From: a virus
Lineage: Duplodnaviria > Caudoviricetes
DNA length: 38,382 nucleotides
IMG/VR virus record: IMGVR_UViG_3300011335_000282
Span: 1-38,382 of that record
Strand: one strand, 5' to 3'
Position numbers and translations under genes: made by a program. Positions 27,397 to 35,320 of the stretch are shown here, piece after piece. The first letter of the stretch is position 1. Every line of letters begins with the position of its first letter. Under the pieces are notes generated by a model that made no database searches, was not told where the DNA came from, and saw only the letters and a program-made list of their open reading frames with translations.

Positions 27397-28960
27397 CCAG
27401 TTTCAAGAACAGATCAAAGCCGCCCGCCTCGCCGGGTACACCGACGACGAAATTGTCGGTCATCTAAAAGACCAAGACCCCCGCGTCAGCACCGCGCTGG
27501 AGAGCGGATATAACGCCAGCGAGATTCTTGGTCATCTTGCGCCGCCGCGCTCTACCGGCGAAGAAGTTGCGCGAAAGATCGGCGTTGCCGCGCGCGGCGC
27601 GTCGGAAGCCTTAGCACCAGTTGCGACGGGCGCGGCTACCGGGTTTATGATGGGCGGCCCCGTAGGCGCGGGTGTAGGCGCGTTGGCGGGTGGGTTGGCT
27701 GTTCCGTTGGCCGATTTAGCCACCCAAGGTTACAACCGGCTGGCCGGGGGTAACGTCCCTATGCCTTCGCAAGTCATCTCCAATATGTTGCCTGGGCCAC
27801 GGGCGGAAACGCCTACAGAACGCGTCGTTCAAGCCAGCGGCAGCGCGCTAGGAAACGTCGGGGGCTCGGTAGCCGCAGGCCGCGCTATCGTGAACGCTGG
27901 CCGATCCGCGCTGGGTATGCCTTCGCCCGTAGCACAACAAACCCTCAATATCGGAGAGGAAGCCGCGCGCCGTCCTATTGGGCAGATGGTTGCCGCGCCG
28001 CTTGCTACCGCAGCGGGGCAGACCACAACCGAATTGACCGGGAACCCTCTAGCCGGTCTGGCTGTTGGTGCGGCTACAGGCATGGCGGCTAGCGTGCGTC
28101 CTGTCAAGCGCGGCGCGGTGCCTACCGCAGAAGAACTGGCCGCACGGTCTAAAGCCAACTACGATGTTTTGGAATCGTCGGGGTTCGAGATAGACTCCCC
28201 GCAATTTAACGCCCACATGGGAACGATGGCGGCTAAGCTGCGGTCTTCAGCAGGCTACGACCCGCGCACCATGCCGGAAGTAGACGCGGCGCTGGCGCAA
28301 CTGACGGCCCCCGCTGCAAAAACGGTGGCCGAGCTACAGACATTGCGTACTATCGTAAGCAATGCGGCAAAAAGCATAAAGCCCGCCGAACGTAAAGCCG
28401 CAAGCCAACTCTTAGATGAGTTTGACGAGTATGTAATGAACGCGCCCGCCATATCGGGCGACGCAAAAGCCGTGCAAGCGTGGAAAGAAGCGCGCGCTGA
28501 CTATTCCAAGATGAAGAAAAGCGAGTTGATAACAGACATCATCGACAACGCTGAAGTGTCCCAAGGAACTAAAGACGCCAGCATTGCCGGTCAACTTTCT
28601 GCGTTGGCAAAAAACCCTAAGAAGATGCGGTTTTTTTCTACCGAGGAACAGGAAGCAATCCGTGAAGCCGCTAAAGGCGGAAACTTACAGGCCGCGCTTC
28701 GCATAGCAGGAAAGTTCTCGCCGGTGACGCCCGCCGCTGCTATTTTCACCGCGTTCAATCCGTTTGGCGGCTACACCGCTGCTGCGGGCATGGCCGCAAA
28801 AGGTATGGCAGATGTGCGCCGCACCCAGCAAGTGAATAGGCTGGCAAGTCAGATGCGCCTTGGGGAACGCCCGCCAGTCCTTGAAGGCACAATGGCAAAC
28901 ACGCCGGTGTTTGTAGCAAGAAACATCCAAAATATGCTGGCCCAACAAAATCAGCCATGA
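27389..28960 (+). CDS. DNA ejection protein (gp16-like)
   Basis: AR.AGY.DDEI..HL N-terminus; Gly/Ala hydrophobic stretches (GGPVGAGVGALAGG). Confidence 0.65.
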   Translation: MADQFQEQIKAARLAGYTDDEIVGHLKDQDPRVSTALESGYNASEILGHLAPPRSTGEEVARKIGVAARGASEALAPVATGAATGFMMGGPVGAGVGALAGGLAVPLADLATQGYNRLAGGNVPMPSQVISNMLPGPRAETPTERVVQASGSALGNVGGSVAAGRAIVNAGRSALGMPSPVAQQTLNIGEEAARRPIGQMVAAPLATAAGQTTTELTGNPLAGLAVGAATGMAASVRPVKRGAVPTAEELAARSKANYDVLESSGFEIDSPQFNAHMGTMAAKLRSSAGYDPRTMPEVDAALAQLTAPAAKTVAELQTLRTIVSNAAKSIKPAERKAASQLLDEFDEYVMNAPAISGDAKAVQAWKEARADYSKMKKSELITDIIDNAEVSQGTKDASIAGQLSALAKNPKKMRFFSTEEQEAIREAAKGGNLQAALRIAGKFSPVTPAAAIFTAFNPFGGYTAAAGMAAKGMADVRRTQQVNRLASQMRLGERPPVLEGTMANTPVFVARNIQNMLAQQNQP

Positions 28961-29190
28961 ACTCACAAGACCTGATAAACCTTGCCTTCGGGGCAGCGGC
29001 AAGTGTGTTGGGCTGGTTCGCCCGCGAGTTGTGGGCAGCGGTCAAAGACCTTAAAGTTGATCTTGCCAAACTGCGCGAGGAGTTGCCTCGCACATACGTT
29101 GTGCGCGACGACTACAAAGACGACATCCGCGAGATCAAAGAGATGCTGACCAAACTGTTTGATCGGCTAGACGGAAAGGCAGACAAGTGA
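28957..29190 (+). CDS. Small TM plus coiled-coil protein (holin or lysis accessory)
   Basis: N-terminal TM; LPRTYV.RDDY; KLFDRLDGKADK; start of the lysis cassette. Confidence 0.6.
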   Translation: MNSQDLINLAFGAAASVLGWFARELWAAVKDLKVDLAKLREELPRTYVVRDDYKDDIREIKEMLTKLFDRLDGKADK

Positions 29191-29669
29191 ATGAACTGCT
29201 CCGATTGCTTGGCAACATTGCCCCTGCTCTTGCAACTATTGTTGCTGGCCCCTTGGGGGGTGCTGCTGTATCGGCTATTGCTGGCAAGTTGGGAGTAGCG
29301 GACACCGTTGAGGCGGTAACCAAGGCCATTGCTGGCGACCCAGACGCCGCGCTGAAGCTGGCGCAGATTGACCTCGAAACGCTGAAGGTTGAGCAAGCCA
29401 ACACCGCTGACGCTCGGGCCATGCAAGTCGCTGCGCTCCAGCAGTCGGACGTATTCAGCAAACGGTTCACAATGTACCTGACATCGTTTTGGTCAGTCTG
29501 CGCTGCGGCTTACGTTGGCTTCATCACGTTCAGCATCATCCCAGAACAAAACGTCCGGTTCGCCGACACGATCCTCGGATTCATCTTAGGCACGGTCATC
29601 GCCACCATGCTCAACTTCTGGTTTGGTTCTTCGATTGGCTCGAAGGAAAAAGATGCGCGAAAACTTTGA
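29187..29669 (+). CDS. Putative holin (3TM-holin-like)
   Basis: APALAT...GPLGG; DARAMQ; two C-terminal TMs ending FWFGSS; precedes the endolysin. Confidence 0.7.
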   Translation: MNELLRLLGNIAPALATIVAGPLGGAAVSAIAGKLGVADTVEAVTKAIAGDPDAALKLAQIDLETLKVEQANTADARAMQVAALQQSDVFSKRFTMYLTSFWSVCAAAYVGFITFSIIPEQNVRFADTILGFILGTVIATMLNFWFGSSIGSKEKDARKL

Positions 29670-30177
29670 GAAAAGTCTGACTGAACTGCTCAAACACGAA
29701 GGCGGCTACGTCAACCACCCGCAAGACCCAGGCGGTCGCACTAACCTTGGCGTGACGCAGGATGTCTGGGAAGACTGGATCGACCGCGCCGTCAGCGAAG
29801 CCGAGATGAAAGCATTGACGCCAGCCAAAGTCGCGCCGCTGTACCGAGAACTGTACTGGGACAGGATCAAGGGCGACAAGTTGCCGTCTGGCGTTGATTA
29901 CGTTGTCTTTGACGCTGCCGTCAACTCTGGTGTCCGTAGAGCATCTCAATGGCTTCAAACCACGGTTGCAGCCGTTGCCGATGGCGCAATCGGCGAACAG
30001 ACGCTCAAATTGGTGCTGCTGACCAACCCCCAGATTCTGATCGACAAGTACAGCGCCAACCGGCTTGCCTTTCTTCAACGGCTTGCAACTTGGCCCACGT
30101 TTGGCAAAGGATGGGAGCGCAGGATTGAAGAAGTTAACACAACTGCAAATAGTTTTGCTGCTGGCAGGCTGCGCTAG
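29653..30177 (+). CDS. Endolysin, glycoside hydrolase family 108 with peptidoglycan-binding domain
   Basis: HEGGYVNHPQDPGGRTNLGVT; FDAAVNSG; DGAIG..T; FGKGWERR. Confidence 0.93.
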   Translation: MRENFEKSLTELLKHEGGYVNHPQDPGGRTNLGVTQDVWEDWIDRAVSEAEMKALTPAKVAPLYRELYWDRIKGDKLPSGVDYVVFDAAVNSGVRRASQWLQTTVAAVADGAIGEQTLKLVLLTNPQILIDKYSANRLAFLQRLATWPTFGKGWERRIEEVNTTANSFAAGRLR

Positions 30178-30316
30178 TCCTCCAGAGGAGGACGATCTCT
30201 GGTACTGTCAGGAGCAGGGGGCGTATCTGTACTGCGTTCCCGAACGCTCCATCGATGCCCTGTCTGGCACTCGTACCGCCGATAGCGCCCGCCTTGGCGG
30301 GGTCTGGACTCCTTGA
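30125..30316 (+). CDS. Putative lipoprotein (o-spanin/Rz1-like), 63 aa
   Basis: TTG start after GGAG; MKKLTQLQIVLLLAG-C lipobox; Pro and two further Cys. Confidence 0.5.
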   Translation: MKKLTQLQIVLLLAGCASPPEEDDLWYCQEQGAYLYCVPERSIDALSGTRTADSARLGGVWTP

Positions 30317-30350
30317 TCTTCGCGTTGCGGCCGCACTCTGGGCACTTCAT
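30174..30350 (-). CDS. Zinc-ribbon protein (NrdR-N/Ogr-like), possible transcription regulator
   Basis: MKCPECG...ESR....RRYEC..GHRW...E; ATGA-coupled start at 30350. Confidence 0.75.
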   Translation of the reverse strand: MKCPECGRNAKIKESRPRQGGRYRRYECQTGHRWSVRERSTDTPPAPDSTRDRPPLED

Positions 30351-30460
30351 TCCAACAACTTTCGCCATGCGGCCAGCGCCGTCTTGAGATCGTTTTTGAG
30401 ATGCTCAATCTCAATCTTTTGCTGCTCCACCAGCAGGCGCAACGCTTCCAATTCGCTCAT
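30347..30460 (-). CDS. 37-aa coiled-coil peptide (MSELEALRLLVEQQKIEIEHLK...), not in the ORF track
   Basis: ATGA coupling to the Zn-ribbon gene. Confidence 0.5.
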   Translation of the reverse strand: MSELEALRLLVEQQKIEIEHLKNDLKTALAAWRKLLE

Positions 30461-30662
30461 GTTCTGTCTCGATTAGTTTTGTAAGGTAGTGCTGGGCCTT
30501 CAACAAGTCGGTCATGCCGTTCTTGGATCGCCAACGACTGACGTACTTGATGATGTTGCCTTCCAGGTACTGGATGTCGTTTTGCACAATGTAGTCCCAA
30601 GTCTGAATCTTGAGATTTTTGTAGTGCGACCCGTCAATCTGTGCGTCGTTTGCCGTACTCAT
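30411..30662 (-). CDS. DUF3310 / T7 gp1.7-like nucleotide kinase domain protein
   Basis: QIDGSHYK...IQTWD......YLEGNIIKYVSRWRSKNG..DL.KA.HYL..LIE. Confidence 0.85.
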   Translation of the reverse strand: MSTANDAQIDGSHYKNLKIQTWDYIVQNDIQYLEGNIIKYVSRWRSKNGMTDLLKAQHYLTKLIETEHERIGSVAPAGGAAKD

Positions 30663-30834
30663 GCGCGTAGTTCCTGATGTACAAAGTTAGCGCCCCAACG
30701 TCGCTTATGGGGACGGGCGTGGGCACGGTGTAGCCGATTGCGGCCAACGCGCCTAGCACAATGCTCTCGGCCTTCTCTGGCGGCGCGTCTTCGGTCAACA
30801 TCGCCACCAACATACAGCGGCGAAAGATCAGCAT
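30634..30834 (-). CDS. Hypothetical protein (start re-assigned to ATG 30834)
   Basis: Start overlaps the upstream stop; operon packing. Confidence 0.5.
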   Translation of the reverse strand: MLIFRRCMLVAMLTEDAPPEKAESIVLGALAAIGYTVPTPVPISDVGALTLYIRNYAHEYGKRRTD

Positions 30835-30986
30835 ACCAGCAACCACACGATCAAGATAGCCCACAACACGGTTACGCCAACTACCAGCCAAAACAACCAC
30901 GGGTGAGCAGGATCGTCGTCGTAGATGTAATCGTTGGTGTATGGCCCAAAGGCTTCCTGCATTGTTCTTGGGTGTTTATGTTCCAT
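30828..30986 (-). CDS. 52-aa membrane protein (MEHKHPRTMQEAFGPYT...WLFWLVVGVTVLWAILIVWLLVC), not in the ORF track
   Basis: Strong RBS TAGGAG; C-terminal TM helix. Confidence 0.7.
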   Translation of the reverse strand: MEHKHPRTMQEAFGPYTNDYIYDDDPAHPWLFWLVVGVTVLWAILIVWLLVC

Positions 30987-31003
30987 AAATAATTCTCCTA
31001 AAT

Positions 31004-31300
31004 TTACTCAATCCCATGCACTTTTTCAGCGTAGCGGATGCCTGCCTCAATCCACTCGACTGAGGTGTGGCTAAAGCCGTCTGACAAGGCTCTCCAGATT
31101 TCGCGGTAGGCCAGTTCAATTTCGTCATCTGTCAGCGGCTTGCGCTGCGCGAGGGCACAGTCAGGGTGATGGTTAGTCCAGACGCAATGTGTGTCGCAAA
31201 AATGTTCCTGCTTCACAAATCGATCAATGACGTTAGGATGCTCATCGCCTTCCGGCGTGGGGGCAAGTACATACCGCGTGCCAAAAATCGGTGCGCCCAT
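31004..31300 (-). CDS. Hypothetical protein
   Basis: RKPLTDDEI...R.AE..HGI tail typical of small phage proteins; FCDTHC..TNHHPDC. Confidence 0.65.
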   Translation of the reverse strand: MGAPIFGTRYVLAPTPEGDEHPNVIDRFVKQEHFCDTHCVWTNHHPDCALAQRKPLTDDEIELAYREIWRALSDGFSHTSVEWIEAGIRYAEKVHGIE

Positions 31301-31518
31301 CACTTGACCCCCCACATGATTTCCCAGTTGTAAGACTTGACTTCCTTCTTAGCCGCCCAGCGTGCGGCCTTGACCGCTGACTCATGGGGAAAAGCAGGCC
31401 ACGACCACCGCTTGCCATCCCACCAGCGCCACGCATTGTTCCAGCCTTGCGTGGTGTCACGCGCAAACCGCGCGGCGTACCAGCCAGGTTTAGGCGGCGT
31501 TCCGACATTCCACTTCAT
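31300..31518 (-). CDS. Trp-rich hypothetical protein (11 Trp in 72 aa)
   Basis: W..G.PP.PGWY; RWWDGKRWS; coupled to both neighbours. Confidence 0.65.
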   Translation of the reverse strand: MKWNVGTPPKPGWYAARFARDTTQGWNNAWRWWDGKRWSWPAFPHESAVKAARWAAKKEVKSYNWEIMWGVK

Positions 31519-31712
31519 ACGGAGCGCGCTTTCGACAACAGTTCAATCCGTTCCCGCGACACTCGCAGGGCGTTGTACCTCTGGTGCAGGCGTTGCAGGA
31601 ACATCGCCCTGCAACGGTTCTTCTTTTCGTGTTCCAGCAGACTCAGCACCATCGCCTCGTCGTATGTGTTCAAAATGTCGTTCAACTTCCGCCAGTTTTC
31701 GAGCGCGTCCAT
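31515..31712 (-). CDS. Hypothetical protein, 65 aa
   Basis: RBS AGGAA; L.RLHQRY..LR..RER motif. Confidence 0.7.
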   Translation of the reverse strand: MDALENWRKLNDILNTYDEAMVLSLLEHEKKNRCRAMFLQRLHQRYNALRVSRERIELLSKARSV

Positions 31713-31821
31713 TCAGTTCCTCTATGGTCTTGACGACCTTTGTGTACCCACGTTGCGCGGCGTTCAACTGCCGCTGCCTGATCCTCAGTTCCGCTTTCGC
31801 GGCAAACAACTTTTCTTTCAC
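31543..31821 (-). CDS. Hypothetical coiled-coil protein; 3' part overlaps the next gene
   Basis: GTGA-coupled to the helicase stop; heptad N-terminus. Confidence 0.45.
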   Translation of the reverse strand: MKEKLFAAKAELRIRQRQLNAAQRGYTKVVKTIEELNGRARKLAEVERHFEHIRRGDGAESAGTRKEEPLQGDVPATPAPEVQRPASVAGTD

Positions 31822-33086
31822 TTCAACGCCTCCATTGCAATGTCAGACACCGACCGCTTGTCCTGCAACGCCCGCGAGATCTTTTCGTCCACGGTGTCCT
31901 TGGTAATCATCCGGTAGCACCAGACATCGTGGCGCTGGCCGCTGCGATGCAACCGCCCCACCGTCTGCTCGTACAACTCCAACGACCACGGCAACGAGAA
32001 GAACACAATCTTGCCGCCGCCGTGCTGAAGATTCAACCCGTGCCCCGCTGACTTGGGGTGGATCAAAAGCAGTTGCACGTTGCCTTCATTCCAATCATCA
32101 ATAGCCCCGTCGATGGTTCTGGCCTTCGGGTAGCGGCGCTGAAGTTCTTCCAACTCCGCTTGGAAATTGTAAACAATTATTGTATTGGCGCGTTGATTTT
32201 CTTGCAAAAGATTGTCGAGCGCGTCGAACTTGTGCGTCGAAGTTTTGACGGTCACGCCGTTTTCGGCGTAAACGAACCCTGACGCCAGTTGCTGCAACTT
32301 GGCTGTGACAACGGCGGCGTTAGCGGCTATGGCGCGCTCATCGCCGTAGCGCAGCACCATCTCCTGCTTCATTTCCTTGTAGTCCAGCATATCCATCTCA
32401 CACTCGACGTCCACGGTGTGCAGCGGCGGCAGCTTGTCGGCGTACTCGCCTGGCTCCAGTACGAACGTGGCGTGCTTGATGCGTTCCATGACCAACTTGA
32501 GCGACCCAACGCGCGGCTCCCATTGGCCGAATTCCTTGTTGATCAGCACAAAGTACTGCTGCTGGAACGCACCCTTGCTGCGGCCCAGCAGGGACTGATC
32601 GATGATCTTGCATTGGCCAAATACGTCTTCCAGACCGTTGCTGGTAAACGATCCGGTCAAGCCCCACCTGATCTGGATCGGGTCGATGACCTTCAACAGC
32701 GCCTTAAAGCGCGCGCCTGATGGGTTCTTCAGCCGCGTCAGTTCGTCAAACACAATCCCGTCGAACGGGCGCATATTGTTTGAAAGCCATTGCAGATTGT
32801 CGTAGTTGGTGACCGTGATGTCAGCGTCTTCCATCAGCGCCTTCAGCCGCTGCGCTGGCGTGCCAACGCACACAGCCACCGACAGGTTAGGCGCCCACTT
32901 CTTTGTCTCGGTCGGCCAGACCGACACGGCCACCCGTTTCGGGGCAACGACCAAGAACTTTCCGAGGTCTTGCATCGCCGCCAGCGTGATGGCGGTCTTG
33001 CCCGCGCCCACAGGCGCGAGGATCATCGCGCGGTCGCGCCCGTACAGGAAGTCAGCCGCTGTGTTTTGGTATGGCCGTAAATTCAT
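31818..33086 (-). CDS. SNF2-family (SF2) helicase
   Basis: LRPYQ, GAGKT, FDELT, LTGS, SAGHGLNLQ, QTVGRLHRSGQ. Confidence 0.92.
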   Translation of the reverse strand: MNLRPYQNTAADFLYGRDRAMILAPVGAGKTAITLAAMQDLGKFLVVAPKRVAVSVWPTETKKWAPNLSVAVCVGTPAQRLKALMEDADITVTNYDNLQWLSNNMRPFDGIVFDELTRLKNPSGARFKALLKVIDPIQIRWGLTGSFTSNGLEDVFGQCKIIDQSLLGRSKGAFQQQYFVLINKEFGQWEPRVGSLKLVMERIKHATFVLEPGEYADKLPPLHTVDVECEMDMLDYKEMKQEMVLRYGDERAIAANAAVVTAKLQQLASGFVYAENGVTVKTSTHKFDALDNLLQENQRANTIIVYNFQAELEELQRRYPKARTIDGAIDDWNEGNVQLLLIHPKSAGHGLNLQHGGGKIVFFSLPWSLELYEQTVGRLHRSGQRHDVWCYRMITKDTVDEKISRALQDKRSVSDIAMEALK

Positions 33087-33336
33087 CCACTTGCTCCTTG
33101 CTCCAGACGACAAGGTATCGCTGGTTCATGCGGATCATATCTTCGGCAAAAACTTTTTGCAATGCAGACAATCGCCCGCCTGCTGTCTTGACCTCAACAA
33201 ACCACGTCTGGCCGTTGGGCAAACACACGATTCTGTCGGCGACACCGGCCCTGCCGGGGCTAACGAACTTGTAAGCCTTGCCTCCTAGCGCCTCAACACG
33301 CTTCACTAGGTAGCGTTCTATTTCACGTTCAAGCAT
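33052..33336 (-). CDS. VRR-NUC domain nuclease
   Basis: E..IE..L...V...GG...KF.SPG..GV.DRI....FVEVK...G.LS..Q. Confidence 0.92.
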   Translation of the reverse strand: MLEREIERYLVKRVEALGGKAYKFVSPGRAGVADRIVCLPNGQTWFVEVKTAGGRLSALQKVFAEDMIRMNQRYLVVWSKEQVDEFTAIPKHSG

Positions 33337-33346
33337 AAAAAAGTTG

Positions 33347-33374
33347 TTGACTTGGGTTGCGGTGATGATAGCAT
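33347..33374 (+). promoter_or_regulatory. Sigma70-like rightward promoter in a divergent intergenic region
   Basis: TTGACT-16 nt-TAGCAT with an extended TG. Confidence 0.45.
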
Positions 33375-33424
33375 CGAGTCTTGAACCGCAGCGGGTCGGT
33401 CACCCGTAAAAACGAAAGTCAACA

Positions 33425-33586
33425 ATGAAACTCACAATCACTCCAGAAGAAATCACCGACATTTTGCTCACATGGGCGCAGCGCCAGTTCCCGCAGGCTG
33501 AATTCAACACGGTCGCTATGGAGACGTACACCTACGCTCCGAACGCTACGTTCACCTTTGAGGAAAAGACTGATGAAGCACTCTAA
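33425..33586 (+). CDS. Hypothetical protein, 53 aa (MKLTITPEEITDILL...), not in the ORF track
   Basis: First ORF after the promoter; overlaps the DUF2800 start. Confidence 0.6.
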   Translation: MKLTITPEEITDILLTWAQRQFPQAEFNTVAMETYTYAPNATFTFEEKTDEAL

Positions 33587-34703
33587 TATCGTCGGCGGCT
33601 CGACCGCCGAGCGCGTCATCAACTGCCCGGGCAGCGTCAAGTTGGTGGCGACCATGCCGCCAAAAGAGTCCAGCAGCTACGCCGACGAAGGCACTCTGCT
33701 GCACGACTGCATCGCTGATCTGCTTGACCTCAAGGTCAAGAGCGCGCGAGACATGATTGGACGCCAGTACAACGATCAGGTGCTGACCGAGGAACTGGTG
33801 GAGGAGAAGCTGCTGCCAGCCCTGCGTCTGCTGAACAGCATCGACCCTGACAACCAGATGGACTACGAAGTCGAGCAGAAAGTCGGCTTTGGCGACTTCT
33901 TGCCGGGTGTGTTCGGCAGCGCCGACCTGTTGGGCCGTCTGGGCGATACGGCCATCGTGCTGGACTGGAAGTTCGGCAGCGGCGTCATGGTCGAGGCCGA
34001 GGAGAACTATCAGGGCTTGTTTTACGCTGCCGCAGCGCGGCGTACTGACTTGACCAAGTGGGTCTTTAAGGGGGCGACCAAAGTAAAGATCGCCATAGTA
34101 CAGCCGCCCGGTATTAAAGTCTGGGAAACCACACCGGAACGGCTCGACCGTTTCGAGGCGCAGTTGGTCAGCGCCGTCAAGGAAGCGAAGGGCGACAACG
34201 CCCTCATGGCGGCGGGTAAGTGGTGCAAGTGGTGCGCGGCGAAGCCTATCTGTCCGGTCATGACCGGCGAGGTGGATCGGGTGAAGGCGGCGCAGATTTC
34301 TGCTTTACCCGCAGAGCAGATTAGTGAATACTTGAAGACCGCTGACGCGCTCGAAGGGTGGATCACCGACCTCCGCGCGCTGGCGTTCTCGATGCTGGAG
34401 TCCGGCGCTACGGTTCCAGGCTACAAGTTAGTCGCTAAACGGGCGACACGTTCATGGGTGAACGAGGACGCAGCCAAGGCGCTGCTACTTGAACACCTTC
34501 CAGAGTCTGAACTGGTCGAGGTAAAAATGTGCAGTCCAGCAGTCGTAGAGAAGAAACTCAAAAAGTTGAAACTCGCGCTGCCGGAAGGCTCGACCGCCGC
34601 TATCAGTTCGGGCGTGACGCTTGCGGATGTGGATGATCCACGCCCGCAGGTTCTGCAACTCGGGTCGCAACTCAAGTCGGCCCTCACTAAACTTCAAGGA
34701 TAA
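33573..34703 (+). CDS. DUF2800 Cas4-like PD-(D/E)xK exonuclease
   Basis: HS..GGS.A.R...CPGS; EGTLLH; FGSAD; DWKFG; Q...YA; WCKWC.....C. Confidence 0.88.
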   Translation: MKHSNIVGGSTAERVINCPGSVKLVATMPPKESSSYADEGTLLHDCIADLLDLKVKSARDMIGRQYNDQVLTEELVEEKLLPALRLLNSIDPDNQMDYEVEQKVGFGDFLPGVFGSADLLGRLGDTAIVLDWKFGSGVMVEAEENYQGLFYAAAARRTDLTKWVFKGATKVKIAIVQPPGIKVWETTPERLDRFEAQLVSAVKEAKGDNALMAAGKWCKWCAAKPICPVMTGEVDRVKAAQISALPAEQISEYLKTADALEGWITDLRALAFSMLESGATVPGYKLVAKRATRSWVNEDAAKALLLEHLPESELVEVKMCSPAVVEKKLKKLKLALPEGSTAAISSGVTLADVDDPRPQVLQLGSQLKSALTKLQG

Positions 34704-34709
34704 ACAATC

Positions 34710-35315
34710 ATGTTTCCAGTAGTCCAAAACGGTTCAATCGCTAACATTGCCACGGCGCTCCGCACGATGGCCCCCGCCGCTGCGACGGGCGTCGCCATCT
34801 TAAAAATGGATAAGACGGGGCATTGGGTCTTCGGCGCAGACCAGACTGAGGTTGACGCCGCCTCAACGTGGGCGGTGAACCCGTTCTCGTTCGTCCACGG
34901 GTTCATTGCGTGGGGTGAAGGTGAAGTTCTCGGCGAGAAGATGGTCAGCATCACCTCGCCGCTGCCAGAACTCGAAGCCGCGCCCCCCGGCGCAAAGCGC
35001 GGATGGGAGGAACAGGTCGGCCTGTCCATGAAGTGCCTGTCCGGCGAGGATGAGGGTCTGGAAGTGCGCTACACCGTGACTTCGGTCGGCGGCAAGCGCG
35101 CGGTACAGGCGATGGGCGTCAAGATTGCCGAGCGTTGCGACACTAACCCCGAGTCGCCTGTGCCTGTGGTGTCGCTGGGCAAGGAACACTACGTTCACAA
35201 GTCCTACGGTCGCATCTACACCCCGCTGTTTGACATTAAGCGGTGGATTGGCATGGAGGGCGAGGTGAAGGAAGAGCCAGCGCCAGCACGCCGTCGTCGC
35301 GTGATCGCTGAGTAA
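34710..35315 (+). CDS. Putative single-stranded DNA-binding protein
   Basis: Conserved position between DUF2800 and Pol; Y.HKSYGRIYTP.F motif. Confidence 0.6.
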   Translation: MFPVVQNGSIANIATALRTMAPAAATGVAILKMDKTGHWVFGADQTEVDAASTWAVNPFSFVHGFIAWGEGEVLGEKMVSITSPLPELEAAPPGAKRGWEEQVGLSMKCLSGEDEGLEVRYTVTSVGGKRAVQAMGVKIAERCDTNPESPVPVVSLGKEHYVHKSYGRIYTPLFDIKRWIGMEGEVKEEPAPARRRRVIAE

Positions 35316-35320
35316 CTGCC

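Noticed and set aside
33573-34703. Cas4-like nuclease as evidence of a CRISPR system
   Set aside because: DUF2800 nucleases are standard in this SSB-Pol replication module; no cas1/cas2 or array is present
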